A DNA stretch of 59,360 nt, filler included, from Sphacelaria rigidula (GCA_964200075.2; 5 parts of 5 records of this genome joined end to end with filler, not necessarily neighbours in it), one strand, 5' to 3'; shown: positions 35,679-48,334, counted from the whole stretch's first letter. Made by a program: numbers and translations. The notes: generated by a model from the letters alone, not told the origin.

Positions 35679-38163
35679 TGCATCGATCGGGGGTTTCATA
35701 GAGATTTTAGTTTGGACGTTATCTCCCTTAGGTATAGGAATTACTAGACATGGGGTTTAATCAACGATAGAATATAGGCCCGAAATTTTGAGCAGATGGG
35801 CACCTTCCCCTTGGTTAGACGATTAATGCAATATGCGGATCATGGCCCAACTCGTTCGTCTCGACGAGATGTTGCTTTGAGGGCATAAATCCGTGTCTAG
35901 GCTGGCCGAGCTCGTACAACACTGGGAAGAACGCGCACCAACAAGGCCGTCCGTCGTGTGACCTATGCGCGAAATATGAAACCCGGAAAACCCCACCCAT
36001 GCTGACCCCGTGTCATCATGTGAGCAGAGGCCTCACTGTAGTTGTGGTGAGATTCCAGGTGCTATTCTCGGCGACACAGAGTTTGAAGGCACAAACAAAA
36101 ACTCAGTTTCACAAAAATGACGCACAGGCTGGCAGGTGTGCACCAACATGACCATAATCGGGTCCAACAAAATGCAGCAATCAGCTGTTGCAAAAGGCTA
36201 TCACCAGCCAGAAAGAAATAGGTGGGATGCGAACATACTCAGAGCTGTGCCGTTTTGCCCGTGGTACTTGTGACTTGACCGTTCACATCAACTGGAAAAC
36301 CTTACACCGTGCCAACACACCTCCTTTGCACTTTTCAGCAGACGCTCAGTTCCTGCAGTATACGTATTTTTTTTGTCTTGCAAAAACACTGCGATCCCTC
36401 GGAAGGCAGGCTACCGTGAGGGTCCAGTCCGTGCTCTTGTTGATGTGCTTTGGTTCGTGTACAGTGCTCGACGTTCAACCGGAGAATCCATTCAATCGGG
36501 AACTTTTCATGGAGGGATCTTAATTTCTCTTCGAAATTTCTAGAATTGGCGAATTCTGGAAGAGAAGTCAGTTTTTTCGCATGAAATACTACCTAACTTT
36601 GTGTTGTCGGGGCAACTCGACGCGAAACCTGCTTGCTTGGAGGGGGCAATAGCCATTACTTTGATTCAAATACATGACCCCACCAGAACGATCGAGACTG
36701 GTTAGATTCGAGGGAACATTTCCAAGAGCCAGCACCTGGGGCCGTGTACTCATGGCACCCCCAACGACCGGTGAGTCCATAGCCTTTGGAAAATCATCGT
36801 AAGTAAGTTCTTCGTTTCGGAATTTGTTTTCGTACCAGTACATTTTCACCCTCCTGTTTCGGTATTCAATTCTTCACTGTGATGAGTCACGGAAACAGAA
36901 AAAATAAAATAAAAAAGATGTTCAACCGAAAATTCTCCGCTTCATACACCAACGATTATATGCAACCTCAAGGACACACATGGTGCTTGCTGTAGAGAGT
37001 GATATTCTCGTTTGGTCTCATCAACTAGCAAGCTGCATGATCGTGAGTGAAAGCTCCCCCTTCAAGTCCTCCAGGAGACCGAGGCTGCGGGTCCAAGGGA
37101 CGTCAAGAATGTACTCTCCACATTACCTTATCATCCGCGGATCTCGAGCCTGTAGAGCAGACCGTGACGATTCGAAAGGATGAGCTCTGCGGCGTAACAG
37201 ACACAGGTGTTCAACGACTTCATCACCTGCCCTCCTTGCACTGCACTACACTAGATGATGTCCAACGATATACATGACCTATCTTGGCTCAGAGTACACG
37301 TAGCGTGGCAAGCGGGACAAATATAGCTCCACTACGGGGGCATATAGCGAGTGCGAGGACACAGAGCGGACACGGACGATCAAACAAGTCATTCAACGTC
37401 TATTTCTTCTAAGAAAAAATGGCACCAGCCTCAACGATGATGCCTCGATCACCACCAGCTTTTTAGGTTGGCGCACCTACCAGATGAGAGGTCTGACACA
37501 CAGCAGCGTAGTCGTAGGCGGTGCCTTGAAAACATACTGGTGCATGCATGACTTGTGTATTGATTATCCCAATGCGTCACGACTCACGTCGCGCCACGCG
37601 TCGTGGTCCATGGCTGAAGCCCCAGGGATATGACACGAACGATGATTGTCATCAACGATAACAGCGCCTCACCCCCCTTGTTTCTATATAGGCATTTTCG
37701 TCCCAACGAGAAGCAAGGTTCAACTGCATCCAAGCGACGAATTCAGGTTGTCATTCAGGTTGTCATTCAGGTTCTAGTTCCAGTCTGAATCTCGGCAGAG
37801 CATCTCGAAATTGCTTTTTTGAGCATACTACTCTGACCGTACTCTATCTGAACCCGCGCCAAAATGCCGGTTACCGTGCGCATTAGAAGTCGGTGCCCAT
37901 TAGAAGTCGGTGTCGAGTACTTCGACAACAGAATTCGAGGGTCACACTGTCGTATTGTACTCTCGGGTTGACTTCTGAGTCAGGCAAGTCAGACTCGTTC
38001 GTGGGACACATGACCCGCACTTTCACACCTGCAAATGAAATGAACGAGAAGTCCAGGAACTGCATGTAGCGAGTCTGATTAACTGCGCAATTTCCAAGCT
38101 ACAAAAATACGATAGTATCAATCTTGGCGGCCATTCAAACCAGTAGCACAACGTAGCCCTCAC

Positions 38164-38323
38164 CCGAAGTGGGCAGTGGTTATGCTTGGGTCCCAGAGCG
38201 TGATCCGGACCCAGCACATTGTACGACAGAATCCGGATCTTCTTCGTCTTGGCAGCACCATCACCATCACCATCACCATCACCATCACCATCACCATCAC
38301 CATCACCATCACCATCGGGGGAG
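38164..38323 (-). CDS. Exon, CCR4/nocturnin/PDE12-like EEP nuclease (first catalytic strand) with (DG)10 repeat
   Basis: ATCAG|SPDGDG…DGAAKTKKIRILSYNVLGPDHALGPKHNHCPLR|GTGAGG; R(I/V)LSYN(V/I)L…Y/H..CP is the CCR4-family start motif. Confidence 0.7.
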
Positions 38324-38582
38324 CTGATAGTGGGCGCGTTCCAATCACGAAAACAAACGGACACGAACGCAACGGGGAAAAGAAGAGGCAGCAAGCAATT
38401 TATCCTTTGGATGCGGTTGTCAAGTATCAAGAACCCGAGTCCGCAGAGGCGTACAGTATGCGGCGAGATGTCACTGGCGGTCAGAACGCCATACGACGCT
38501 ACTTATCTCACTTCAACTGAATCAGAACAATTTTGTCTTTTTCACACTCTCTGGCCCCTCTTCGAGCTTTCGTGCTCGAAAC

Positions 38583-38681
38583 CTCTGGTGCAATGCGGTC
38601 AATGATCTCCACATGGGATAGACGCCCTCTAATCTGGGTTTTGTGGCAGTATCCTGGGCGCTGTCTTCGTCGATGTAGAGT
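38583..38681 (-). CDS. Candidate upstream exon of the EEP gene
   Basis: GCAAG|LYIDEDSAQDTATKPRLEGVYPMWRSLTALHQ|GTTTCG, phase 2-2 compatible with neighbours; no homology recognised. Confidence 0.4.
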
Positions 38682-39275
38682 CTTGCACAGAGTGATACAA
38701 GCACCGACAGTGACGTAATGGCAGACGACGACAAATGCATGTCAGATACTTCCTCTGTTCGGTAAGTCCACTCGGTTTTGCTTGTACGGGCTCTTACCTG
38801 TCTCCGATTCTGTTCTCGTATTTCTCATTGAATTATTTGACGTTTCCTTAAATCCAAATCATTCACTGTTACATAGTCCTGTTTGTCCCATACTCTATGA
38901 CCATACATAGAGTTTTAGTGTTAGTGTTAGTGTTAGTGCTACCGAACGGCAAAAAAAAAAAAAGCAGTCGGTCCGACAATAGCGTGACGTTATCTCGCTC
39001 CATCTCCGGCGGCACAAGAAAAAATTAGAACCGGAAGAAATGGCGCAAAACGTGGACTGGTGAAAGACGGTAACGTGAGGAAGGCATGCCAAAATCGCCT
39101 ATTTTGTGTCTTGATCTGCGCTTTTTGTCTTGTGTTCCCAGAGGAATGAATAGTCTGCACCTGCCGCGGCACCACCGTACGACTCGACAGGTCTCCAAGA
39201 TTCGTGCTCAAACGTGGGTGCAGACTCTCTATTGACGCATTACGCCAACGTTTCAAAGTTCGGACTCCAACCGTT

Positions 39276-39637
39276 AGCCGGTCGCCCCGGTGGCTCAGTT
39301 GGTAACCTCGAAACCTTCTGACGGTTGGGTCGTGGGTTCGAATCTCGGAGCGATCTGCGATTTTTTCTCATGCCGAACAGTGGAGAGCGACTACGTCGTG
39401 GGTACACATAAATTCGACTTCACGGTCGACGAGGGAAAGGGATTGCTGAACCCCTCTCGTGATCAAAATAAAAGGCAAGCACCGCAGAAGGAAGGTGGAC
39501 TACTAAAACAAAACAAAAAGAAAAATTCCTGTGTTAACCTTCCTCCTGTGTGATCCCGGCTGGTGCGCCCACATATACCGAAAGGTGAATCCCGGCGTCC
39601 AGAATAGATGGGACGACAACACAACACAACACAACAC
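39276..39637 (+). mobile_element. tRNA-derived SINE, full length
   Basis: A box TGGCTCAGTTGG, B box GGTTCGAATCT, (CAACA)n tail; possible TSD ACTCCAACCG (39264-39273) / ACTCCAGCCG (39638-39647). Confidence 0.9.
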
Positions 39638-42600
39638 ACTCCAGCCGCCGGCTAGTGCACGCTTGCCGGGCTCATAGGTACCAACGCACCAGCGTGAAGT
39701 CCTCTGGAAAGCAACGTTGTCGAGACCTCTCCAGATCTCTCTCAATACCACGAACATGTGTAAAAATTCAGCACCAGTGCCCCTCTGTATTGCAATGCTA
39801 CAATCTCGACGGATGCTTGACCACCGACGAACTCGTCGCGACATATGGGCCTTGGTGCCATGTACTATCACCTATAGAAGAGTTATTACGCGTCTTGAAA
39901 GCATTGCACACATGGCGCAGCGTTGCTCGAGTCATTTCACCATTAACCCTCTTGGAACCCATTGACGATTCTTGTTTTTGTGAATCGGCATTGTTTTCAG
40001 GCATTTTCAAGTCAAAATGATGCCGATTTTCGAAAACAAAAATCGTCAGTAGGTTCCAAAAGGGGTGATAGTGGTGGAGCACAGTAGTCTTCGAAGATTC
40101 CCAGCATTTGTCAGAAGTTTCGAAAATTTGATTCAAATTTCTCCCAACGTTCGTCTATGGCTGCCGAAGCGGCTGAAAATAGCACGCAAGATTGGTCGCA
40201 CGCTAACTTCGATGAGGTTAGGTCGACGTGCAACGTGCTGTCGACAGATCTGTTGTTGGCCGATACCAGGTATCGAATAAAGCCTCTTTACGGCACCGGG
40301 GCCTCAACTGAATCGTTGCACTCGTGGTCCGGATCACAAGCCATTCTTGGACTCCAATTTCGTACTGCAAGTTACGGGTGAAGTTTGCGACAACCTCACA
40401 ACGCAGCGAAGGTGTGTCAGCACATTTCCAATTATGATACAAGCTGGTCCTACTGAGAAGGTTATCAATCCTTTATCGCACAACCTTTCATGGGATGCCG
40501 ACGGAGCACATATAATATACCACGTATCCGCTCGACGCTGGGGAATCTAGCACGAGAGCGGCCTGAATTGTTCAACAACATTTCCCCCGGAAACAATGAT
40601 TGCATGTATTGCGACATAGGAAGCATCAAAGAGCGAAAGGATGGAGCTCACACCATCTGTAGCATATTTGACACCTCCATAAGAGACTTGGCCTTTGAAT
40701 AAGCTTCAGCGTGGGCTTGAAACGTTCATGGGAAGATGACCAAACCGGTGTGGATATCTATCACACCTCGTCCCCAGTCTCGACTATACGATCCCTTAGA
40801 TATCACCGCCATAGCTCACCGTTGTAAGTTGCGTGAACTGTTCCGACATGAAGCATCTCAATTGTTTGGCGTTTGCCCTGCCCACTTTTCTAGGTATGAC
40901 CTTGAACGTTTCGCTCATATTGGACAATACGAATGACTCATGCCAAATTCTCCATGTTGCAGATCATGTTCGGCGTGGAAAATGTCCAATAGTACACTGA
41001 ATAAATACAAAATCCACATTTTGTAACCCAAGACGGCAAAAATAAAAATCGTGACGAAAGCTTAGTTCGTTCTACGATGTACATGGGGTACCTAGCGATG
41101 GTGCGCGGGGCGTGTAGTTCCAGTATAAGTATGTTGTGTCTGCTTTCGCTTTCAAGCACACGGTGGTCAGCAGTAACCGTCACTACAAAACTGTGCACCG
41201 GCAGCACGGCATTCTGTGTATATTGAAGCACCCCAGGTTCTGCGCAAAAACGCCCATACCCAACTTTCAACTACTGGAGGTACAGTCGATCTCACTTGCG
41301 AAAGCACGACGTATACGAGGTGCTCGACATGGACATTTTCATTGCATTTGAATACGAGCGGGGCCAGAGTAAAAATGCGCATACCGCGGGCTCACGATAA
41401 CCTCTAATCTTTTCAGTTGCCCGAACAATCCGGATGTAAGCATATCGCGGTGAACTGCAGATCAACCTGCTGATGAACGCTCTGCCGCAAAAGACACAAA
41501 CATGAAAAAAATGTACTGCGTAATATGTGACCGTGACGACGGGACCAGATGCTGAGGGACAAAATCCGTCGAGGTTCGAATTGGTGACCTCCGTAACTCG
41601 AGTCTACTGTATTACTTGAACAACGGGATCGCGGCGGCATCACACAAAACGTTGAATGCGCAGCCCAATTTCAGGCTCAGGGTTAGGCTTAGCTGCACTG
41701 GTTGTTAACCCCGGGCTAAAAAAGAGGGGGAATAGCGGGTACGTGCCGTTTAAGAGAAACGGGGTTTGATGTCAGACAAGGATGTACCAAGCCATTTTGA
41801 CCTCTCGTAACCGTTTGGGAATCCTCCCCTCCCGTCCCCGGTGCAGACGCCTCATTTTTTCAAGCGCTGACAAAGGAGAAAATATGGGGGGGAAAAGTAC
41901 CGACAACAACCATATTAACGGCGGAAGGTCACAGAGGGATCCACCGACGTGCGTCATGCTCGCACCAAAAATGTCGCTCCGGTGCGGTCGGATTTGTTCT
42001 ATCCGATGAGGGATGCAACGGGTCAAGTGTGCTCAACTTTATGCACACAGCAAAAATCAGTACCGCGGCCTCTAAATTTTATTTTAAAAAATCAGCACCA
42101 CCTGTAAATTTTCTATATATGCAGTCCCATGTGGCACTGGGGCACACATTTATAACGGTGACGCACCGCTCCGGATATTGTTGTGCTGCAGTCCGGAGGT
42201 CGTACCCGTCCAACACTTCGCAAGCGTGCTAAGCAACACCACAAAAACAAAGTAATATGGCCGAGTACACAGAAATCACCTCACCACACGTAAAAGGATT
42301 GAGGTGCGATATTTACGCGATTCACCGGCAGTTGGAACTCGCACGGGTCTGAATAACACGCCTCGGGCAAAGTAGTGCTGCATGGAAGCTGCAAACAATC
42401 AACCATATGTCGTACAAAAAACAGCTCCTCGAAAAGGACCGATTCTGTGTTCGGGAAGAATTGATGCTTTGTGCAGGAGCGGGACAAATTTTCCCACATA
42501 TTTATAATGGTTACAGTATCTAGAAGCCATTTCAGAACACATTGATCTGCAAGATTGCCTGTGTGATAAGCCAGTTGAGACAGTTCAGTGTGGGAGAAGC

Positions 42601-43018
42601 AGTATGGTATATGGGCAAGTGCATCTACGGTGAAGTGACAATTACGGTGTCTCGGTTGAAGTCGAGGTTTATGAGATCCCGGAGACGGGTGTGGTGCGGC
42701 TATCGGTTGGCGACAGCATCGCGAATCGATGTTTTCTGAGTTTTTTCAACGGGGCACAAGCGGCGTCACCAAATCACGAAATCAGGCCGCCGGGGCGGGT
42801 GGACAGGGCAAACACAAGGTTAGTGGGAGAGACCCAGCACATCCCACGAGTCTACTCTCCCACAAGGATCCGACATCTACGTTCATGGAGTTAATACGCG
42901 GGGATAGTTCTGCTCAGTTTCAGGCGTTGGAAGTTCTTCGCCGGCGAGGCGGATCGTGTCGAGTTCAACGGAGGTTACAGCTGTGGACCTTCGATACCTC
43001 GGAAAATCACGTTAGTGC

Positions 43019-43024
<6 letters not shown>

Positions 43025-43064
<40 letters not shown>

Positions 43065-43418
43065 GTCGTCCCATCTGCTCCGGGCGCCGGTCTACACCTT
43101 TCGGTATATGTGGGCGCATCAGCCGGGGTCACACAGGAGGAAGGTAAACATAGGATTGTTTTGTTTTGTTTTATTTGTTTTTGGTGCCCCACCGTCCTTC
43201 TGCGGTGCTTGCCTTTTTTATTTTTCATCGCGAGAGGGGTTCAGTACTCCCTTTCCCTCGTCGATCGTCAAGTCGAATTTTGTGTACCCACGACATAGTT
43301 GCTTTCCACTGTTGGGCACAGCGTGAGAAAAAAACCCAGACTGCTCCGAGATTTGAACCCACGACCAAACCGTCAGAAGGTATCGAGGTCACCAACTGAG
43401 CCACCGGGGCGACCGGCT
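43025..43418 (-). mobile_element. tRNA-derived SINE, full length, TSD (T)GCTGCGTG
   Basis: rc of the same family with (CA)n tail; GCTGCGTG at 43017-43024 and 43419-43426. Confidence 0.9.
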
Positions 43419-44017
43419 GCTGCGTGGAAGCTGCAAACAATCGACCATATGTCGTTCAAAAACAGCTCCTCGAAATCAGCACTTTCCCCTTGCCAGTACC
43501 TAAAGGGTTAAAACGGCAATTATCCGGAACATATATATCTCAAACCGTGGCCTGCACAGTACCTGAACTACGCAGAGCAGTGTTTTAGCGGAGCAGGGAT
43601 CCTGTCTGAGTGGTCAAGGAAGCCACACCACACATCTTGCGGAGCTCTCGCCTACCAGTACTACGAGTAACAGAACGTGCGCTACGAACCAGGAAGAGGG
43701 CTACTGCCAACGTTCAATACAATAGACGGTGCGACGCCTACAACACCTAGCGAGTCGTAAAAAATACGGGACGATGCATAGTGTTGTTAGAGTATACTTG
43801 TTGCAAAGCAGAGTACAGACGTCGGTAATCCCGAGTACTGGTAGTACCGCAGTGCCTGTATTTCTGAAGGGGTGTTATTCCCCGTACACGGTGCGCTGTA
43901 CCTTCTTTTTTCTGTGCGGAACACTACTTTGCACTAACACTACCAGCTTGTTCTACACTACTATACAGTGCAGCAAGGAGAAGCATGAAGAAACTTGGTA
44001 GTGGCTGAGTTACACAC

Positions 44018-44256
44018 CTCGTCTGAATCCAGGCGCGGTTCCTGCCAGGTCTAGTACCATTAGCACCGTGAAGCACCCGAGTCTTGCTCAACTTCTCGGT
44101 AGCTGTGACACCCAATCTAAGAAGCCATCGCCGATTAGTTGACGGCTGCCTCACCAAAAAAAAGGCTCGAACACCGACTGAGCATGTGGTAGTGAATATT
44201 ACAGCAGAAGCTATCAACCGCCGTGCAATGGTCGGCACGCTGATTCCGCCTTGCAT
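44018..44256 (-). CDS. Candidate first exon with signal/transit peptide (alternative ATG at 44298), probably of the EEP gene
   Basis: MQGGISVPTIARRLIASAVIFTTTCSVGVRA-FFLVRQPSTNRRWLLR…WIQT(R)|GTGTGT: hydrophobic stretch, VRA-F site, then an R/S/T-rich tract; phase 2 donor. Confidence 0.5.
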
Positions 44257-44810
44257 CCCCGTGTGGTGAAAACGGCCTGGAAATGGCATGGATTTCATGT
44301 GTCATGATTTTCACCTTTTTAATGCTGACTAATACTCGGCATCCCCTCGGTCAGACCCACGGTCCGGGAAGCTGAAAGTTAATCCGAGCGCCAGCCGGCC
44401 CACTATCCAAGCCTATACTACGCTTTCAATATTATCAAATTTGAACAAGAAATTTCTCAAGGGTACTCTTTTGGTTTGTCATCACAACTTTTGAAAAAAA
44501 ATGGCATTCGGAGAGAATTGGGTTGTACTTCCACGATGGCACTACGGGTCTGAGAATGTTTCGTGCGCATCTAGCTCAGCTTTTCATGCTGCGTTTTCCC
44601 GGGTACTGATGATGCTGTGTACAGTGTAACTGTACTATATTGTTGTATACACGGAGAGGGAGAGAGAGAGGGGGGGAGAGAGCTAGACGGTACAGCATAT
44701 TTCAACGACTACCAACGTGTTTCGTGCGGTGCCTCTACGCCTGCCGCGGGGTACATGCTTAGCACTGTTTGCTGTCCTGTACAGTACGGTAGCTCTTGAG
44801 CTCACCAAGC

Positions 44811-45112
44811 ATGGATGCCGTGGAGGGGACGCGGCAGCAGCAACAACCCCTGCCGGATGTACAGATGCTATGGGAGAAAGCACAGACAGAGGTGGCCCTG
44901 GAAGGTAGCAATGGCTGCACGTTGGAGCGGCTCTGGCGCCTCTTGGGCTTGACACATAATATTGGAGACGTTGATAGCAATACTGGTCGTGCTGGTGGTC
45001 ACGCAGGTGGTGGTGCAACATCAACATCAACAGCCGTAACCGCACCAGCAGTTGGGGGTGATGACGGTAATGGTGATGACCCCAAGATCTTCTTGAGGGG
45101 CTGGCTGTGGAG
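44811..45112 (+). CDS. GTF3C1: First exon, TFIIIC subunit 1 (B-box binding, GTF3C1/Tfc3-like)
   Basis: MDAVEG…QTEVALEGSNGCTLERLWRLL…FLRGWLWR|GTGAGT resembles the GTF3C1 N-terminus (EVALEG..G..L..LW..L…FLWR) as recalled; consensus donor. Confidence 0.7.
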
Positions 45113-46303
45113 GTGAGTTACTTACACAGCAAGTTGTTGTAGCATGATACGTGCAAGGAGCATGTTTGGTTTGGAGCATTCACTTATGTTCCTGTCGCAC
45201 CCAAGTGATGGGTGCACGGCACAGTACCGTAACGGACAGTGGTCGGTGTTCGGCCGGTGCTCGTCATGCAGTGCGTCAGCAGAAACTGACCGTAATTCCG
45301 TGTGTGTTGCATTTGGTCGTTTGGATATGCGAATCCTAATGCTACGGGAGTGAACCTGGTCCTTGAGTTTCAAGTGAAAGGAACTGCTGACCCTCTTACA
45401 GAAACAGGCACTACTCATGTGGTATGACCGCGTCTTGTTGTTGTTGTTGTCTTCGCTTTAAAAAAACGTTGCGATCTCTGCTCCGTACCTTTCTAAAGAC
45501 CGCACTACTTTATCAAGTGGTGGGTAGACGCCTTGGGGTGGTCACAAGCTAATGTCCAAAAACAGGTGCAAGTAAAAGAAAAAACTACAGTGATGGAAAT
45601 GAATCGGACCCCGAGAAATCGCACAACGCAAAACAACAAAAAAAAAAACGAAGGCCCAAGCCGGACATGCTAGAGGTATCGGCTATCGTTTCCCCCCATT
45701 GAAACGGCAAAAAACGTAGAGAACGAGGGCGATGAAAGAGCCCACGGTAGCAGACCATGCGAACAAAACAGTAGATCTCTTGTGCAATGGGAAATTTTGT
45801 AGATTTTGGTGGACAAAAGAAGAAGTAATGCGGCAGTTATTTCAAAATACGAAAAAACAGTAGATAAAGTCGAGGTTATGAATCCTACACAGATGTGGAG
45901 CTCGAGGTCATGTCCAAATCCTCAGACTGTAAGCCTCATCTCGGAGCAGTTCCGCCGGCTGACAGTCCAGATATTGGTTTCCCGGTATAATTTGTCTGAA
46001 TCCGGCATTTTATCCACGGTTGATTTTTATTTTATATGAGTGTCAACCCCGAGATTCGAGTATCTAGTGTGACTGACAGTCCCAAGTGCTCTCTAGCGTG
46101 CTCAGACCGCGGTTTCGTCCGTAACGGTGCCACATGTGCACTAACGCACACTCTGCCAAGGGCATCCATTGCACCCCCCTTACATGAGGGTTCTCGGTAG
46201 GCCTTGGGGTGGGGTTGAAGTTTGAGTCATTTCAAACATGTGTCAAACATGTATCAAACATGGATAGAATGGCGGCGAACTGGGACAAACCTCCCTCTTG
46301 TTG

Positions 46304-46339
<36 letters not shown>

Positions 46340-47469
46340 AGAAAATCTTTCAAGATCGACCATGCGTGGCCGGAAGTTTCCAACGAAACATTTCAAGTAC
46401 TGTAGGGTGCCAAGCCCGGAGCAGAATCATCAAATGGGCCCATGTGGATCCCACATCTTAGAGGACAAGTGCTATTAACCTGTCTACGACGTGGTTCATT
46501 GTGCCACCGTTGATCACCTCACGGCAGAGCCAATTTTTTTCCTACCGCCGGTCCTAAGACCATCTTTTATGGCAGTCACCAATCTCGATTTTTCGAGCAT
46601 CGAGGGAAAAAAATCGGGGAACGCATTTTACGGAGAAGAAATCGGGGTGTCACGATCTCAGAATGATTCCCTCCGATGTTTTCGAGGGGGGGGGGTTTCC
46701 CCCCGACTTTGAGGTGACGTATGTGCGTTGACGTACACTGGTACGGTACGAGGCGTTTGATGTTGTTGCAACCGCAGCAGAAGACAGTCTCGTGACAGTG
46801 CGGGGTGTGCCTGCCCGCGCCAGCTGCTGAAGCAGCTTCGCACGGGGTTTGACAAGCGGATAATAAGTGTTGACGCCGTACCCTGCGGCGATGGCAATAT
46901 TATATGCTGCACTGCGCTGCCATATATATCACTACAACGAACGGTACTGCACTGAAGTATCCTAGTCAGTTGTCGCCGTACTTGCAGCGTGATGTATGGC
47001 ACTGCACTGCTGAGCTCTTCTCGCGTACTGTGTGTTCACTGTCCTTGCAATATCGACTGTGCCATCATGTATCACCACACGACATTATCATGTACTGTAA
47101 TCATGGAGTGCCCTGCACTGTATTACCCCAGGGTACCACGGCACGACACTGTACTCGAAGGATTATTCACCGCCTGCCTGCTCTTCGGCTTCATGCACGA
47201 TACGCGATACCACACCCATGCAGAATATGAATGTCTGTGTACAAAACTGTTTCACAAAACTGTGAAACCATAAAACGGTCCCCCCGAATTGGAGTTTGCG
47301 AATTTGAGTGAGAAATCGGGGTCTAAAAAAAAACGAGATTCGTTGTAAAAAATTGTCTTACCCCAACGAATTCATAACATGTACCCTCGGGTACACGGGG
47401 GGGGGGGGGGGGGGGGGGTTGTTGTTTTTGTCTCTAGTGGAGTGGGGGCTGTAGCACCACGTCAGCTCT

Positions 47470-47569
47470 NNNNNNNNNNNNNNNNNNNNNNNNNNNNNNN
47501 NNNNNNNNNNNNNTTAATTAATTAANNNNNNNNNNNNNNNNNNNNNNNNNNNNNNNNNNNNNNNNNNNN
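47470..47569. other. Artificial contig spacer
   Basis: N44-TTAATTAATTAA-N44. Confidence 0.98.
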
Positions 47570-47810
47570 AAATGGACACAATCCCGGGGAGCGGTGGATT
47601 CTTATTTCAAAATACGTTCTCATTTTTCTGGCAACCCTGTTAAAAGCTTGAATCACGGCCGCCGACAAAACAACAATTATGCAAGCCCTCGCCAGAACGG
47701 TCATAATTCTCGCGACAACAAACGATCCGCTGATAGACACCAGCGGATGGGACCAAGGGCGTTCTAAGGTCTTCCGCGCCGCCGACAGCAATACCGAAGA
47801 TTCTTTCAAC

Positions 47811-48037
47811 ACAGCCCGCGGAGCCCGTGACTAAGATTGCTCACCCGACTCCCCCGGCATTATCCAGGAGCGCAACAGACGACCGTTCAAATCGATCCCC
47901 GTCTCCACCCTCCACACACTTTTCGATACAGCCCGCAGAGCCCGCGACTGAGATTATTCTCCCGGCTCCCCCGGCACTATGCAGGAGCGCAACTATTGGC
48001 CGTTCATATCGACCCCCGTCTTCACCCCTCCACACAC
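47811..48037. repeat. ~117-bp tandem duplication (2 diverged units)
   Basis: ACAGCCCGC.GAGCCCG.GACT.AGATT…CTCCCCCGGCA.TAT.CAGGAGCGCAAC…CCCTCCACACAC occurs twice. Confidence 0.85.
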
Positions 48038-48044
48038 TGCTGAA

Positions 48045-48330
48045 GAGTCATCCTACGATAGGGGGAGGGGTATTTGGCTGCACGAAAAACAAGGCTCATA
48101 AGTGTGTCAGACACCCTTCCACACTTGCGTTGCACTTGTATTTTGTTCCAAACGGTGTCAGGCAGTATGAATGAGCGTTATTGATCCACAACAAGCTTTT
48201 TCGAACAACCGTTGCTGCTTTCAACGACGATTTGCCTCGAAATTCCGAGCAACAAATGGGACGATCTGACTCGAAATTTCGAGCAACAAATCGCCCAAAA
48301 TACCCCCCCCCCTCTATCGTAGGATGACTC
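48045..48330. mobile_element. MITE (286 bp), 4-bp TSD TGAA, best-preserved TIRs
   Basis: Perfect 17-bp TIR GAGTCATCCTACGATAG, extended by G-run-TATTT; TGAA at 48041-48044 and 48331-48334. Confidence 0.92.
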
Positions 48331-48334
48331 TGAA

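Noticed and set aside
36589-37150. Further EEP exons (ARDPRMIR; RVKMYWYENKFRNEELTYDDF…)
   Set aside because: Splice phases are compatible, but no CCR4-family motif (e.g. CLQEV) is recognisable; not supportable.
39276-39360. Functional tRNA gene
   Set aside because: Acceptor stem is not convincingly paired, and the head is attached to a repeated body with a microsatellite tail; SINE head.
39650-41400. Decayed retroelement ORF in the EEP intron
   Set aside because: Coding-like fragments, but no diagnostic RT, RNase H or integrase motif could be identified.
43075-43130. Hammerhead ribozyme in SINE 3' region (CTGATGCG…CGAAAG on minus)
   Set aside because: Core should be CUGANGA; other copies read CTGGTGCG, and the GAAA is a hairpin tetraloop rather than the core junction.
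43025-45112. Functional link between B-box SINEs and the adjacent TFIIIC gene
   Set aside because: The SINE is equally frequent on another contig; proximity is expected by chance.
11794-47569. Regularly spaced TTAATTAATTAA motif as a biological periodic element
   Set aside because: Embedded in N runs of fixed length; artificial six-frame-stop linker.
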